Shown here one piece after another: positions 1 through 11,400 of a stretch of 64,000 nt of DNA (the first letter of the stretch is position 1; the number at the start of each line of letters is the position of its first letter). This DNA comes from Chthoniobacterales bacterium. Its GTDB lineage: Bacteria; Verrucomicrobiota; Verrucomicrobiia; Chthoniobacterales; Chthoniobacteraceae. The notes beneath the pieces were generated by a model. That model was not told the DNA's origin. It searched no databases and saw nothing but the letters and a program-made list of their open reading frames with translations. The stretch spans positions 41,945-105,944 of the forward strand of contig JBBQZX010000020.1 of assembly GCA_038207335.1 (NCBI GenBank), given 5' to 3'. The translations under genes were made by a program, and so were the position numbers.

Positions 1-2070
1 CGCGCCGGTGTAGTTCACGTTCAGGACGTTCGCAGTTAAAGTCGCGGTGCCCGTGCCGGAAAGTGCGCTCGTGCCGGAAACGGTGACGCCGAGCAGCGGG
101 GTAACGCCCTGGTTGTTGAGGCCGACATTCAGCGTAGAGCCGCCGGCCAGCGAGACGGAGGTCGCGACCGCGTCGTCGATGACATCGACACTGCTCGTGC
201 CCGAGACGGCGGCGATGTCGCCGATATTCGTAACGACCGTGCCGGTGGTCACCTGCCCCGGAGTCGAGCCGAGCAGCACGCTGGCGTTGCCGGTGTCCGG
301 GCCGGAGTAGTTCATCACGAAGCCCGCGCCGCCGGTCCCCTGCCCGTACTTGATGATGATATTATGCGGCCCCGCGGAGAGCGTGACCGGCGTGTTCGCG
401 CCAGTGATAAAACCGTGCCCACCGTCGTTGTTCGAGACGATGGCTCCGTCGATCCACACGACCGTGCCGTCGTCGCTCGTCGGGATGAAGGTGTAGCTGC
501 CCGTATTCGCGATGTTCACCACACCTTTGTAAGCCGCGCCAGTATTCGTCCCCCACGAGAAGCCCTGCACCCCGGCTCCGCCCGGCACCGGCTCAAAACC
601 ACCGGCCTGATTCCCCACGTTGATCGACGGATCGATCTGCGAAACGATCCACGGATTCGCAGAGCCCGGCTGCCCGCTCGTGAGCTGGTAATAGCCGTAG
701 CGGTATTCGTTCACCACGTTTGCGACCGCGAAGCCAAGATTAGCGTAGAAAGCGTTGAGCCCGTTGACGTTTGCCCCGGAAACCGCGCCGTTCTGGTAGG
801 CAAAGCGCGCAGTGCCGCCCGTGAGACTGATCGCGCCCGCGCCGCGGGAAAGTGTCGAGTTCATCGCCAGCGTGACATTAGTCGGCACCGAGAACGCACC
901 CGTGTATCCCGAATTGTCGCCGCTCAAAGTGAGCGTCGCTGCAGTCGTACCTGTCGTGAGCGCGAGATTTCCCGAGCCGGAAATCGGCCCGGTGATCGCG
1001 CCGCTCTGGCTGACCGTGTCATACCAGTTCTTGAGCTGGATCGTGGCGTTGCCGGCAGCCATGATCGGCGACGCATACACTCCCCCGGCGCCGTTGTGAA
1101 AGCCAAGGATCGATCCGGCGTTCGCGGTGACTGGCTGCGAATTGGTCACGCCCGTCGCGACGGAAAATGTCGCGCCACTGTTGACCGTCACGGTCTGCCC
1201 GGCGGTGTTGCCGAGCGCGGTGTTGTTGCGGAGTTCGAAGACGCCGGCGCTAACAACGGTGTTGCCGGTGAAGCCAGTATTCGAACCGACGATATCCAGC
1301 AGCGTGCCGCCCACCGTCAGCGTCGCCGCGCCGGTGAGTTGCCCGTTGTTCTGAAGCCGAATATTCCCGGTGATCGCGCCTCCGCCCGCCCCAATATTGA
1401 ACGAGTGCCCGGCTGTCAGGATGATCTGCGGGCCAGTATTTCCCGCCGCCGCGCCATTGCTGAGATTGATCGCGCTGTTGGCATTTCCGAGCTGCGCCTC
1501 CGCCCCGAAAACGAGCGCTCCCCCATTGACGTTGATATTGCCGCCGAACGTATTCGCACCTCCCAGCGTGAGCGTTCCCGCGCCGCTTTTCGTGAAGCCC
1601 GCCGAGCCGGCGATGATCGCATTGATCGTCGCGGTGTCGGCCCCGTTCGTCACCGTCACGGTGGGCGTCGCGCCGCTGAGCGTCAGCGTGTTCGTAAAGA
1701 CGCCGCCGTCGCCGACGTTGTATCCGTTCGTGTTGAAAGTGAGCCGGTTCGCGAAAATCGGCGCGCCGAGTGTGACGAGACCGGTGCCCGCCACACCACC
1801 GAAGACCGCCTCATCGGCATTCACCGCCGTGTTTGGCCACAAGACATCCGCGGCACCGTCGAACCAGTTCGCCGTCACATTGTCCCACGTGCCGGGGCCG
1901 CCGCCGCCGACGCCGATTAAGGTGGGATCCCAAATGTAAGCTGCGCCTTTTCCGATCCCCACGCCCGCCATGGCGAGCGCCGCGAGCATGGCAGCGCGCG
2001 AGGAAAACCGCAAAAGAGAAGTGGCCAGAGGCCGTGGCGGGACACAATTCGGGCGAGGATCGATACGCAT
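1..2070 (-). CDS. Autotransporter-associated beta-strand repeat surface protein with PA14 domain (5' part; runs off left edge)
   Basis: Absent from the ORF track because no stop lies in the window. Hand translation from ATG at 2070 gives MRIDPRPNCVPPRPLATSLL...AAYIWDPT...FTKSGAGTLTLGGANTFGG, and the frame matches at position 1 (NVLNVNYTGA). PA14-like segment SDDGTVVWIDG...NNDGGHG...GPHNIIIKY at ~300-560. N-terminus is homologous to the two neighbouring giants. Confidence 0.88.
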   Translation of the reverse strand, partial: MRIDPRPNCVPPRPLATSLLRFSSRAAMLAALAMAGVGIGKGAAYIWDPTLIGVGGGGPGTWDNVTANWFDGAADVLWPNTAVNADEAVFGGVAGTGLVTLGAPIFANRLTFNTNGYNVGDGGVFTNTLTLSGATPTVTVTNGADTATINAIIAGSAGFTKSGAGTLTLGGANTFGGNINVNGGALVFGAEAQLGNANSAINLSNGAAAGNTGPQIILTAGHSFNIGAGGGAITGNIRLQNNGQLTGAATLTVGGTLLDIVGSNTGFTGNTVVSAGVFELRNNTALGNTAGQTVTVNSGATFSVATGVTNSQPVTANAGSILGFHNGAGGVYASPIMAAGNATIQLKNWYDTVSQSGAITGPISGSGNLALTTGTTAATLTLSGDNSGYTGAFSVPTNVTLAMNSTLSRGAGAISLTGGTARFAYQNGAVSGANVNGLNAFYANLGFAVANVVNEYRYGYYQLTSGQPGSANPWIVSQIDPSINVGNQAGGFEPVPGGAGVQGFSWGTNTGAAYKGVVNIANTGSYTFIPTSDDGTVVWIDGAIVSNNDGGHGFITGANTPVTLSAGPHNIIIKYGQGTGGAGFVMNYSGPDTGNASVLLGSTPGQVTTGTVVTNIGDIAAVSGTSSVDVIDDAVATSVSLAGGSTLNVGLNNQGVTPLLGVTVSGTSALSGTGTATLTANVLNVNYTGA

Positions 2071-2107
2071 AATCGGGGGATTCTGGTTGTCGCGGCCGAC
2101 CACAGGC

Positions 2108-2186
2108 CGCAAGTTACCAAACGGTAATCTTCAAAGTTGGGGCGTCGAGCGAAATTATTGCTCCGAAGCAATTTTCGTTACCGAAA
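2108..2186 (-). promoter_or_regulatory. Conserved upstream element of giant gene 1 (putative -35 CTCGAC / 17 nt / -10 TACCGT, plus ATTGC-N6-GCAAT palindrome)
   Basis: Aligns block by block with the regions upstream of the other two giant genes. -10 at 2121-2126, -35 at 2144-2149, palindrome at 2157-2172. Confidence 0.6.
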
Positions 2187-2408
2187 GGACGTCAGCGGAA
2201 TCCGATCAGTCATCTTGGCGGATGGGCCAATTAACCGAGTCACTCAACCACCCCCACGGGTCGCGCGGACGCGCGGAGAACGTGGACTGCCGACAGCCTT
2301 CTGCCGCTTGTGGGGAGGCCGCAACCTGCCGCGGGCGCAGCCGGAGCAAAACGAAGCCGGACGTGTCACAGGCAACGGCAGCGCGCTGCCCTAAGTTGCG
2401 GAACTTTC

Positions 2409-5400
2409 TTACACCGCGCGGCGACGGAAGCGGTTCAGGCCGAGGGCGACGCCGACGCTGCCGAGGAGCATCGCGAAGGCATTTGGCTCCGGGACGGCTA
2501 GGAGCGCCACGCTGTTGCCGCCACTCGTCTCGAACGCAGGCGTGTTCGGATCATCGAAGTAGCTGATCGTATACATTTGGCCGTTCGGAGCGACGACGAG
2601 CGAAGCGTTCGCAAGTCCGGCGAAAGTGCCGGTCACCGCGCTGCCGCTGTTGTTCAAGATGATCGTGAAGATGTCCTGCGTGTTACCGCCCGCAAAACCG
2701 ATCGCAAGGTCGAGGCTCGCGTTACCGAGGTTGATTGCGCCACCGACGGAGACTTGGTCGTAAGTGAGCCCTGCCACTCCCGGCGAGTTGATCTCGATCG
2801 CCAGATGCGATGTCGAATCCAAGCTGAACGTGCTCGCCACGGTGAGCACCCCGGGGCCGTTGCCGGGTGCAACGGTGCCGCCGGTATTCACGGTCACGCT
2901 CTTCACCGTGCCGCTTCCGCCAAGAACCGAATTCGCACCACTGACTGTCGTGGCACTGCCGCTGATGCTGCCGTTAACAATGAGAGTTCCGTCGGAAACT
3001 AAGGTCGGTCCCGTGTAGGTGTTTGTGTTGTTTGCGATCGTCCACTTGCCCGAGCCGCTCTTCGTGACGGAGAGGAAGTTGGGTACCGTCTGATCCGCGA
3101 TCACGCCATTGATCTGGCCAGCCGCGGATCCACCTAGGAGGAGAAACCGTCCATTCGTGTTCGGCGTGAAGGTGCCGTTCAGCGTCAGGCTCCCACCATT
3201 CGAGAAGATCGACGTGCTCCCTCCGCCCGAATTGAGGGTGAAGTTGCCGTTAATGACGTTGTTACCGGCATCGTTCACGATCGCCGGGCTCGTCAGGCTT
3301 CCCTGGCTGGTGTTGAAGCTGATGTTGGAGCCCAGCACCACCGGACCATTCGCGGTGCTGCCGTCGAGATGGAGGGAACCTTGAAGCGAGCCAGCGACGT
3401 TCGTGATGTTTGTCACCGTCTTGTTTCCCCCACCCAAGGCCAGGCTGTTGGTGATGGTCACCCGGCCGCCACTTGTCGTAGCGCTCGGGTTGAGGTTCAC
3501 ACTTCCGGTGAAGGAATTGGCTCCGGTCAAAGTCAGGTTGCCGACGCCTGTTTTCACGAGGTTGAACGCGTTGGCGCCATTCGTAATGACGCCGTCAAAG
3601 GTGCTGTCGAACGCCGAAGCCGAGTCGGTCGTTGTGAGTCCGCCGACATACACGTTCTGCGCAGCGCCGGAATTGGTGATCAAGCCGGTGCCGGTCAGGC
3701 CACGCAAGCTGACGTTTGCAATTCCGTTGATGTCCAGAACCGCGCCAGCGTTGATCGTCGGGCTCGAAGTGTTCGGAATCGCACCTGCATTGCCGAGTTT
3801 TAGAACGCCTGCCGCGACGTTCGTCGTGCCGCCGTAGGAATTGGCCGCGCTCAGGGTAAGCGTGCCCGGTCCCGCTTTCGTCAGGTTCGTTCCTCCGCTC
3901 ACGGCACCGCTGATCGTGTCGGTGATGAAGGGGCTCGACACTGTGATCGTGTGCGCGCCCGCCGCCAGCGTCATCGCGCCGCTCAATGTCAGCGTTTGAT
4001 TTGTTCCGATGGTGGTCGTGCCGCCAAGGGTAAAGTCGCCTGCGACAGATGTCGGGTTGCCGACGGTGAAGTTGTTCGTCGAATGAAGCGTCGTGCCGGT
4101 GCCGATCGAGAGCGTTCCCGTGCCCACAGGACCGTTGGTGATCGCCGGAAGCGTCCCGGTCGAACTAACGCCTACGATCAGGGTGCCCGCGTCGAGTTTG
4201 AAGCCCGTCGTGAATGTGCTGACGCCGCTGAGGAAGACAGAGCCATCGCCCTGCTTGCTGATTCCCGACGCACCGGCGCTGGTGATCGGCGCAGTGATCG
4301 AGAGGGAGGTCGGCGCGGCTCCTGTCGTCGAAATGACGGGCGAGGCATTCGAGAAGGTCAGTGCGGTGCCGCTGATGCTCGGCACGCTGCCGATGTTGTC
4401 GTTCGTCACGGTGATCGCGTCGGGCGCGCTCAGGGCGAGTGCCGTGGCGGTGGCGACGGTCGGATTGGCGGCAGCGAAGCCACCGATGTTGTTGAACGTG
4501 ACATTCGAGAGCGTGTTGCTTCCGAAGAGCGTCAGGCTGCTGCCGCCGTTGAGCGTCACCGCATTGGTCGGATCGATTTGTCCGGCGTTCGTCGTCATCG
4601 TGACGAGCGCGTTATTCAGGGTCAGGCCGCCTGCTGGAATTTCCGCCTGACCCGCTAGAATCTGCGCTGCGCTAGGCGTCGCGCCGTTGAGATTCAGCGT
4701 GCCGCCGGCACCATTGACGACCGTACCTCCGGTGTAGGTGTTGACATTCGCCAAGATCAAGCTGTTCGCAATCGGCACGGCGACGAAGCGAGTGAGCGCG
4801 CCCGCCGTACCGTTGTTTGCGATGACGGAGTTGATCGTGTTGTTCGCGCCAGCGCTGTAGAGATACAGAGGCGAAGTTCCAGTTGCAGTGCCGCCGGAGG
4901 TGATGACGCCAGGAAGGGCGGTGGTGCCGACAACGGTGCCGCCATTCGTGAGCGCCAGACCGCCCGCACCGAGATTGAGCCTGTCGGCTGCATTGGTGAA
5001 CGTGATCGCCGTGACGGCGGCGCGGACGGCCAGAACATTGTAAGTAGCCCCGGCGGCAGGAACCGCAGCAGTGCCCGCAGTGCTCAGTCGCACATTGGCC
5101 GTCGGAGTGCTGACGGGAAGAGTTGCCTGATTGAAGTCGTACGATGTCTGCCCGATGCCGGCGAAGTTCGAATTCAGCGTGGTCACGCCGTAGTTGATTC
5201 CTGCGGTGTTGCCAGCCGTCCCCGGCTGAATGTAGGTCAGAAATTCCCCGTTGTTCGCAAGTGCCCATCCGCCCAGAATCTTGTTGGTAATATTCGCGGG
5301 AATCGGCGTGCCATTGATGCTTCCGATGTAAACCTGCCCGCTGCCAAAGCCAGGCAAATTGCTGAAAAAGCCGCTCGTGCCGCCGACAAAGGTCGCGGTG

Positions 5401-8400
5401 ACATCTGAGCCCGCGGTCACGAGGTTGCCGATATTGATGACGGCGGTGGAGCCCGCAGTCGTGCCAGCCGTGGAGCCGGAGACGATCGCGTTATGGCCTT
5501 GCAGCACATTGACGGCATTCAAAGTCGCGGCTGTGTCCGTCGATCCGCCTGCGAGCAGCGTGAGCGATCCACCGCGGAGATTTACCGTGGAGGAGGCCGA
5601 GATGCGGACTGGGTTGAGCGCCGCAAGCGGAGTTAGCGCGCTGTTGTCGAGAATGAGGCCACCGAAATTGATGTCGAAGCCCGTGCTCGCGAGCGTGCCG
5701 GCGTCGCGAATCCGCAAGTTGTTTCCGCGCACCGTCGTCGTCCCCGAGTAGCTGCTTGGATTCGTCAGAATCAACTCGTTATTACCGGACTTCACGAAGT
5801 TAAGGTTTCCGTCGATCGTGCCACCGAAGGACGCAGCCGCCCCCGTGACTGTGCTGAGGGTAGCAGGAGTGCCGACTGCCGAGTTCCGCACGCTGCCGCC
5901 TGTCGCGAAGCTGTTGGAATCCAGCGTCCCGACCATCTGGCTCGTGCCATTTAACTCGAAGACGCCCGCATTGACGCGCAGCGCGCTCAGTGTCGGAGCG
6001 CCGGCTGTCGTGACCGCTTGGATCGAGTTGTTGACCCCGGACGTGATGGCGAGCGTGCCCGCATTGACCGTCGTCGTTCCAGTATAGTAGGAGGCCGTGT
6101 TGAGATTCACCGTGCCGTCATCCGACTTTACCAGACCGCCGTTAGTCGTGCCGAGATAGCCGTCGAGCGTGAGCACGGTTGCAGCGCCGGGCGTGTGAAA
6201 GTTGAACGCGGTATTATTGGAAGTATCGATCTGACCAGACGTGATGCCGGTATTCCCGGCAAGCGCCAGGAAGCCGCCGCTGCCGATCTTCGTCTGCACG
6301 AGCGCCGCGCCGCCCGTGTAGCGCCCGAAAGCCGGGCTGGACCCGATGCTCACGCCGCCGCCTGCATTGAGGGTTAGGCTGAATGCTAGATTTTGAGAAG
6401 ACAGCGTCGCGCCGGGAGCGGATCCCGTGATCAGGGTATTCGCGCTCAAAGCCACGTTTGTCGATGCAGTGGTGGCGGTCGTCAGTGTGGATGCGAGCTC
6501 CGAGGCGTCCAAAGGCCGCAGGTAGTTGCCAACCGTGTCTTTGGTAATGAACGCCGTGCCGAGGCTCGTAGCCGTCGTGCCGCCAATGAGGTCGGGGCGG
6601 ATTGCCATTGTCTGGGTTCCGTTCGCGCCGTTGCCTGCACCGGTGGGAGCGTTCAGGCCGAGGGCTCCCAGCGAGATGGTCCCCACGCCGTTCCCCGGCG
6701 CGCTCCCAAATCCCGTGCCGCGGATGAGCGCGGAAGCGCCCCCTTGCACACCGCTGAAGGTCGTTCCCACCGTCAGTGTGAGCGGGTTGTTCGCGTCCGC
6801 ATTCAGCGTAACGGTGCTGCCCCCGCTGCCAAACGTGACCGTCCCGATCACTTCGGAGGTCGGATTGGCCGCCGTTTCGTTGCCGAATGCGACGAATGAG
6901 CCACCGGCCGGATTGAGGGTGCCGACATTGGTGAATCCACCGAGTCGGTTGTTGACGTTGCCGCCCTGCGCGTTGCGGTTGTCGAGGGTCAGGGTGCCAG
7001 TCGGGAAGATCGAATCGGTCCCGAAAGTCCCGCGGCCCGTGCCGGCAAAAGTCACGCCACCGACGCGGACATTGAGCGAATTGTTGTCGTTGCTCACCCC
7101 GGTGAGCGTCAGAGTGCCGCTGCCGAATTTATTGACCGAAAATGGCGTGAGCCGCGCGTCGCTGAAGCGGAGGAACTGCCCAGAGAAGGTCGTGTCCGTG
7201 TTGTCGAATCCGACGCCGAACGTCCGGTCCGTCGTGCTGGAGTTCGTGACGGTGCCCGCGCCCGCGAGGGAGCCGATCATCGCGTCGTTGATGAGATTCA
7301 GCGTGGTGCCTGCAGCAAAAGTGTAGGCCGAGAAGCGCGAACCCGCCACCGGGCCCGTGAGAGCCACACCGCCGAAGTTGGTGATGATGCCGCCCTGAAT
7401 GACATTCGTCGGGCCGGTATAAGTCTGCTGAGCATTCAGCGTCAGGGAGCCGAGGCCTGTCTTATTGATACCACCCGCGCTGCCGACGATGCCTTGCAGC
7501 GCGAGCGTGCCCTGCGTGGGATTGATGTCCACGCCATTGAAGAAGATCGGATCGATGGCGACCGTTTTTGCCGTCGTGCCAAAGTCAACACGACCAACAA
7601 TCTGCGAGGTGGACGAGACGTTTGAAGAAGTAGCAGAGAGGCCGCTGGCGCCGATCGTCAGTGTGCCGAGTATCCCGTTGGAGGTGGTGTTGAGCGTGTT
7701 GCCATTGACGCTACCGCCCGCATTGTTGAAGACGACGCCAGCGAGGGTGTTGTCTCCCGAAAGCGTGAGGGTCGCACCGCCGTTCAGGACCGGGACGTTT
7801 GCCGAATTGATGACACCGCCGACTGCCTGTGCGACCGTCGCGCGGTTGATCGTCAAGCCGCCCGCCGGAATGATCCCGGTGGAGCCGACGTTCAAGACAC
7901 CCGTGAAAGAGACGCCGCCGTTCACGACCGTGCCCCCGGAATAGCTGTTCAAGTTATTCGCGAGCGTCAAGGTGGCACCGTTGTAAGCGGTAAAGACGAG
8001 GCGCACCCGGTCCGAGTTCGTGTTATCGACGATGCGCGAGTTCACCGTCAGCGCGTTGCCGCCGGTGTTCATGGTGATGTAAAGATTCTGTGTCTGCCCG
8101 GTCGCCGCCACGTTGCCGCCCGCGGTGAGCCGACCGCTGTCCAGCGTCGCCCCGATGTTGCCAAGTTGATTGCCAGACTTGTTGAGCAAGCCGGAGGTCA
8201 GGTTCAACGTATCCGCGGCATCGGCAAAGTTGATGCTCTGGCCAGCCGTGTTGGCCGTCCACGAAATGGCGTTCAACTCGTAGGAGTTGGTGGGCGCGTC
8301 AGGGATGGTGAAAGTCGCGTTGGACAGCTTGATGTTTTGCGATCCGTTCGTGAACGTCGCCGGGAATGCCAGGGCGTCGTAACCGCGCCCGCCCGCCGCA

Positions 8401-11400
8401 TTGATCGCAGCGATGCCAAGGCCCGGAATGTAAGTCACCAAGTCGTTTCCACCGGAGACAAAGTAAGGAAGGATCCCATTGGTCAGCGTCGGAGCAGTCG
8501 TGAAGAGCAAGCGGCCAGCACTCCCGATCTGGCCGTTGAGGGTGTTGACGTTGATCGTCGCACTATTCTGCTGAACCAGGCTGCCGAAGGTCAGGTCCGC
8601 CGAGTTCACATTAGTGCCACCGCCCGCCACGGTGATGTTACTATTGCCTTCCGCGAGGACCAGCGATCCGATGGTCTCGCTGGAGGCAGTCTGTGCGCGC
8701 CCCGTCAAGTTGATCACACCGCCACGGAGAGTAACCGTTGCCGTGTCCTTGATCCGGTTCGACTCATCGCGGAAGCCGGCATTGTTATCCAAAGTCAGCA
8801 CCCCATAGTTGATGTCGATCGTGTTAGAGCCGGAGAGTCGTCCGCCGTCGCGCAACGTCGTCGTGCCGCCGTTGAGCAGGGTGTTGCCCGTGTAGGTGTT
8901 ATTCGAGAAAACGGACCACGTATTTTCTCCCGAGCGCAGCAAATTGACCGTCCCGGTGATCTGGCCCGACCAACTCCGCGCGGAGTTGTCTAAGTTAGTT
9001 ACGAGGTTACCCGTGCCGGACGAACTCGTGATAGTGCCGTGCTGGCCAAGAGTCGTGGCCTCGAGGCTCGTATCGGAAAGGATGCCACGGAAGGCTTGGA
9101 GCTTGCCATTCAGGTCGAGCGTGGCTGCTGGCCCCACGCGCAGAAACTGGTTCGGCGTGTATGCATTGTTGCTGCCGATCTGCAGTGTTCCGCCATTCAG
9201 GCCGAAGGTTCCGGAAATGTTGCTCGGCGTAATTCCCGCGATGGCGCTGGCCACTGGAGCGAGAATGAGGGTGCCGCCGTCCGCCTTGGTCATGCCGGTC
9301 GTCCCGCCGCCGAGTGCACTACTCAGAGTCAATGTCGCACCGGCATCGACGTGCGCCCAAAGTTCGCCCGTGCCAAACGCGAGCGCAGGAGCGCTGATCG
9401 TGTTCAGGCCACCGGTCGCGAGGATGGCCGCAGCCGTCAGGGTGAGGGTCGTCGGCGTGTTACCGATCGTCCCGGTCGATGCCACGTTGATGCCCGTGCC
9501 GGTGAGTTTGAGGGCATTAATCGTCTTGCTGCCGTTCGCAAAGGCTGGCGCCGCCGTTACGTTCAAAGTATCCGTGGCCGCAGCGGCATCGATGCTGTTT
9601 GCGACGTTATATGTCGCAAAAGCCTGGATTCCGTTTGTATTCGCTACCGCTCCCGTGTTGTTATAGCTGACGAAATCGAGGCCGCTTCCCGAATTGATCG
9701 AGGCGCGGGCGAGAATACCTGTAGTCGCTGGCACAGTCGTGGGGGCGGCTGTAATGATAATCCGGTTATTAGCGGTGCCCAAGTTGGTCCCAGTGAATTC
9801 AATCGAAGCGCTGTTTGCGCCGAATGCGGCACTGGCGAAAGTCAAGGTGGCCGCACCGGCGCCAGCTTGGTTGGACGAAATTTTGGCGGCGAAGTTAGTC
9901 GTCAACACACCCATCGTCGTCGCGGTTCCCGCGGCGTTCGCGGTGAAGTTGAGCGTTCCACCCGAGACCGTTACGGGACGCGTGACTCCAAGACGGTCGG
10001 CGACATTGGTGCTGGTGTTATCGAGATTCAGAATCGCGTTTGGATTGATGGTCGCCGCGATGGTCGGCGTGCCGATCAACGAGCCATTTCCGCTGAAGTT
10101 GGTCGTCCCATCAAGGAACGTCAGGTTCTGCGTGCTGCCCGTCGCGAGCGTGAACGGCTGCGCGGTCGTAAAGTTCAGCGTGCCGCTGCCATATTTCTGC
10201 AAGGCGAAATACTGGTTCGCCGTGGCAGTTGCCGAGGTTATGCTACTGTTGACATTGATCGTGCCAGCACCCGTCAAATAAATAGCCCGAGTGGTAGCGG
10301 TGGGGTTGTTAATCCCACCGTTGATGTTGAGGACGCCGGAAGTTGAGCCGATCGCTGCATCCGCATTGAGCGTCACCACGCCCGTGACGGAATTCGTCCC
10401 CGAAAAGTTTTCCAACTGTCCGCCAAAATTCACGCCGCCAGTAGCCACGTTCGCCGCGCTGTTATTGATGATGATCTGGTTGGGAACCGTGATGTTATTC
10501 GCAAGCTGCACGGCCGCCCCAAACACCCCGGACACACCGATAGTCGCCGCCGTAGCCCCGAGGCTCGCGGCATTCGTCAGACGCACGACGCCCGCGTTGA
10601 CGACGGAAGCGCCCGTGTTGGCACTCGCGGCGTTGAGGATGAGGATGCCGTTATCTGCTTTGGTGAAAGCTCCCGCCGCAGCGCCGCCGAACGCGCTACT
10701 GAGAGTTAGCGACTGCCCCTCCGCCACTTCGATAAAGCTGTTCGCCGCACTGTTAATCTGGATCGTCCGGCCGCTCACGATGGGCGTCGTGCCGACGGCC
10801 CGCAAAGTGGCGCCAGCACCGTTCAAGATGACCTGATTCGCAGCCGCGCCCAGGGCTAAATCGTTAGAGAAAGCCAACGCGCCGCCCGTGACGTTGATAT
10901 CCCCCGTGAACCCGTTCGCGGCATTCGAGAGCAACAGCGTGCCAGCGCCTGTTTTTGTGAAGCCGAAAGCGCCATTCACCGCTCCGCTGAGCGTCAAGCC
11001 GGGAACCACCGTGGAAATATTCGTGTTTGCGACGCTGAAGGTCGATGCACCCGTAAGCGTCGTCGCTCCGGTGAAGTCCACGCCATAGCCGTTCGTGTTC
11101 GTGATCGACAGCGTCTGCGTGCCGATGCTCAAGGTGCCGAGCCGCGCAGTCTTGTTCACCGCCGCCGGGAAAAGTGGCGCAAAGGTCGTGCCGAGCCGAT
11201 TCGCCACGATGGTCGCGGTGCCGGCGCCGGAAACCGTGACATTATCGCCGAAGACGACATTCTCGGACGCGAGGTTCTGCGACACGATCGGCGAGCTTCC
11301 TGGGGTGCCGGAGCCATTGCCGTCGAACAGGTAGTTCATCGTCGCGCCGCCCGCGAGGTCGATGCCGGAGGCTGAGCCAAATTGCCCAAAGGTGCGATTG

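Noticed and set aside
2108..2130. Sigma-54 promoter for the PEP-CTERM genes
   Set aside because: No GG-N10-GC with correct spacing in the conserved upstream element.
2409..3020. Classical autotransporter beta-barrel at the C-terminus of the giant proteins
   Set aside because: Both complete genes end in VPEP + TM + basic tail, not a barrel with a terminal aromatic residue.
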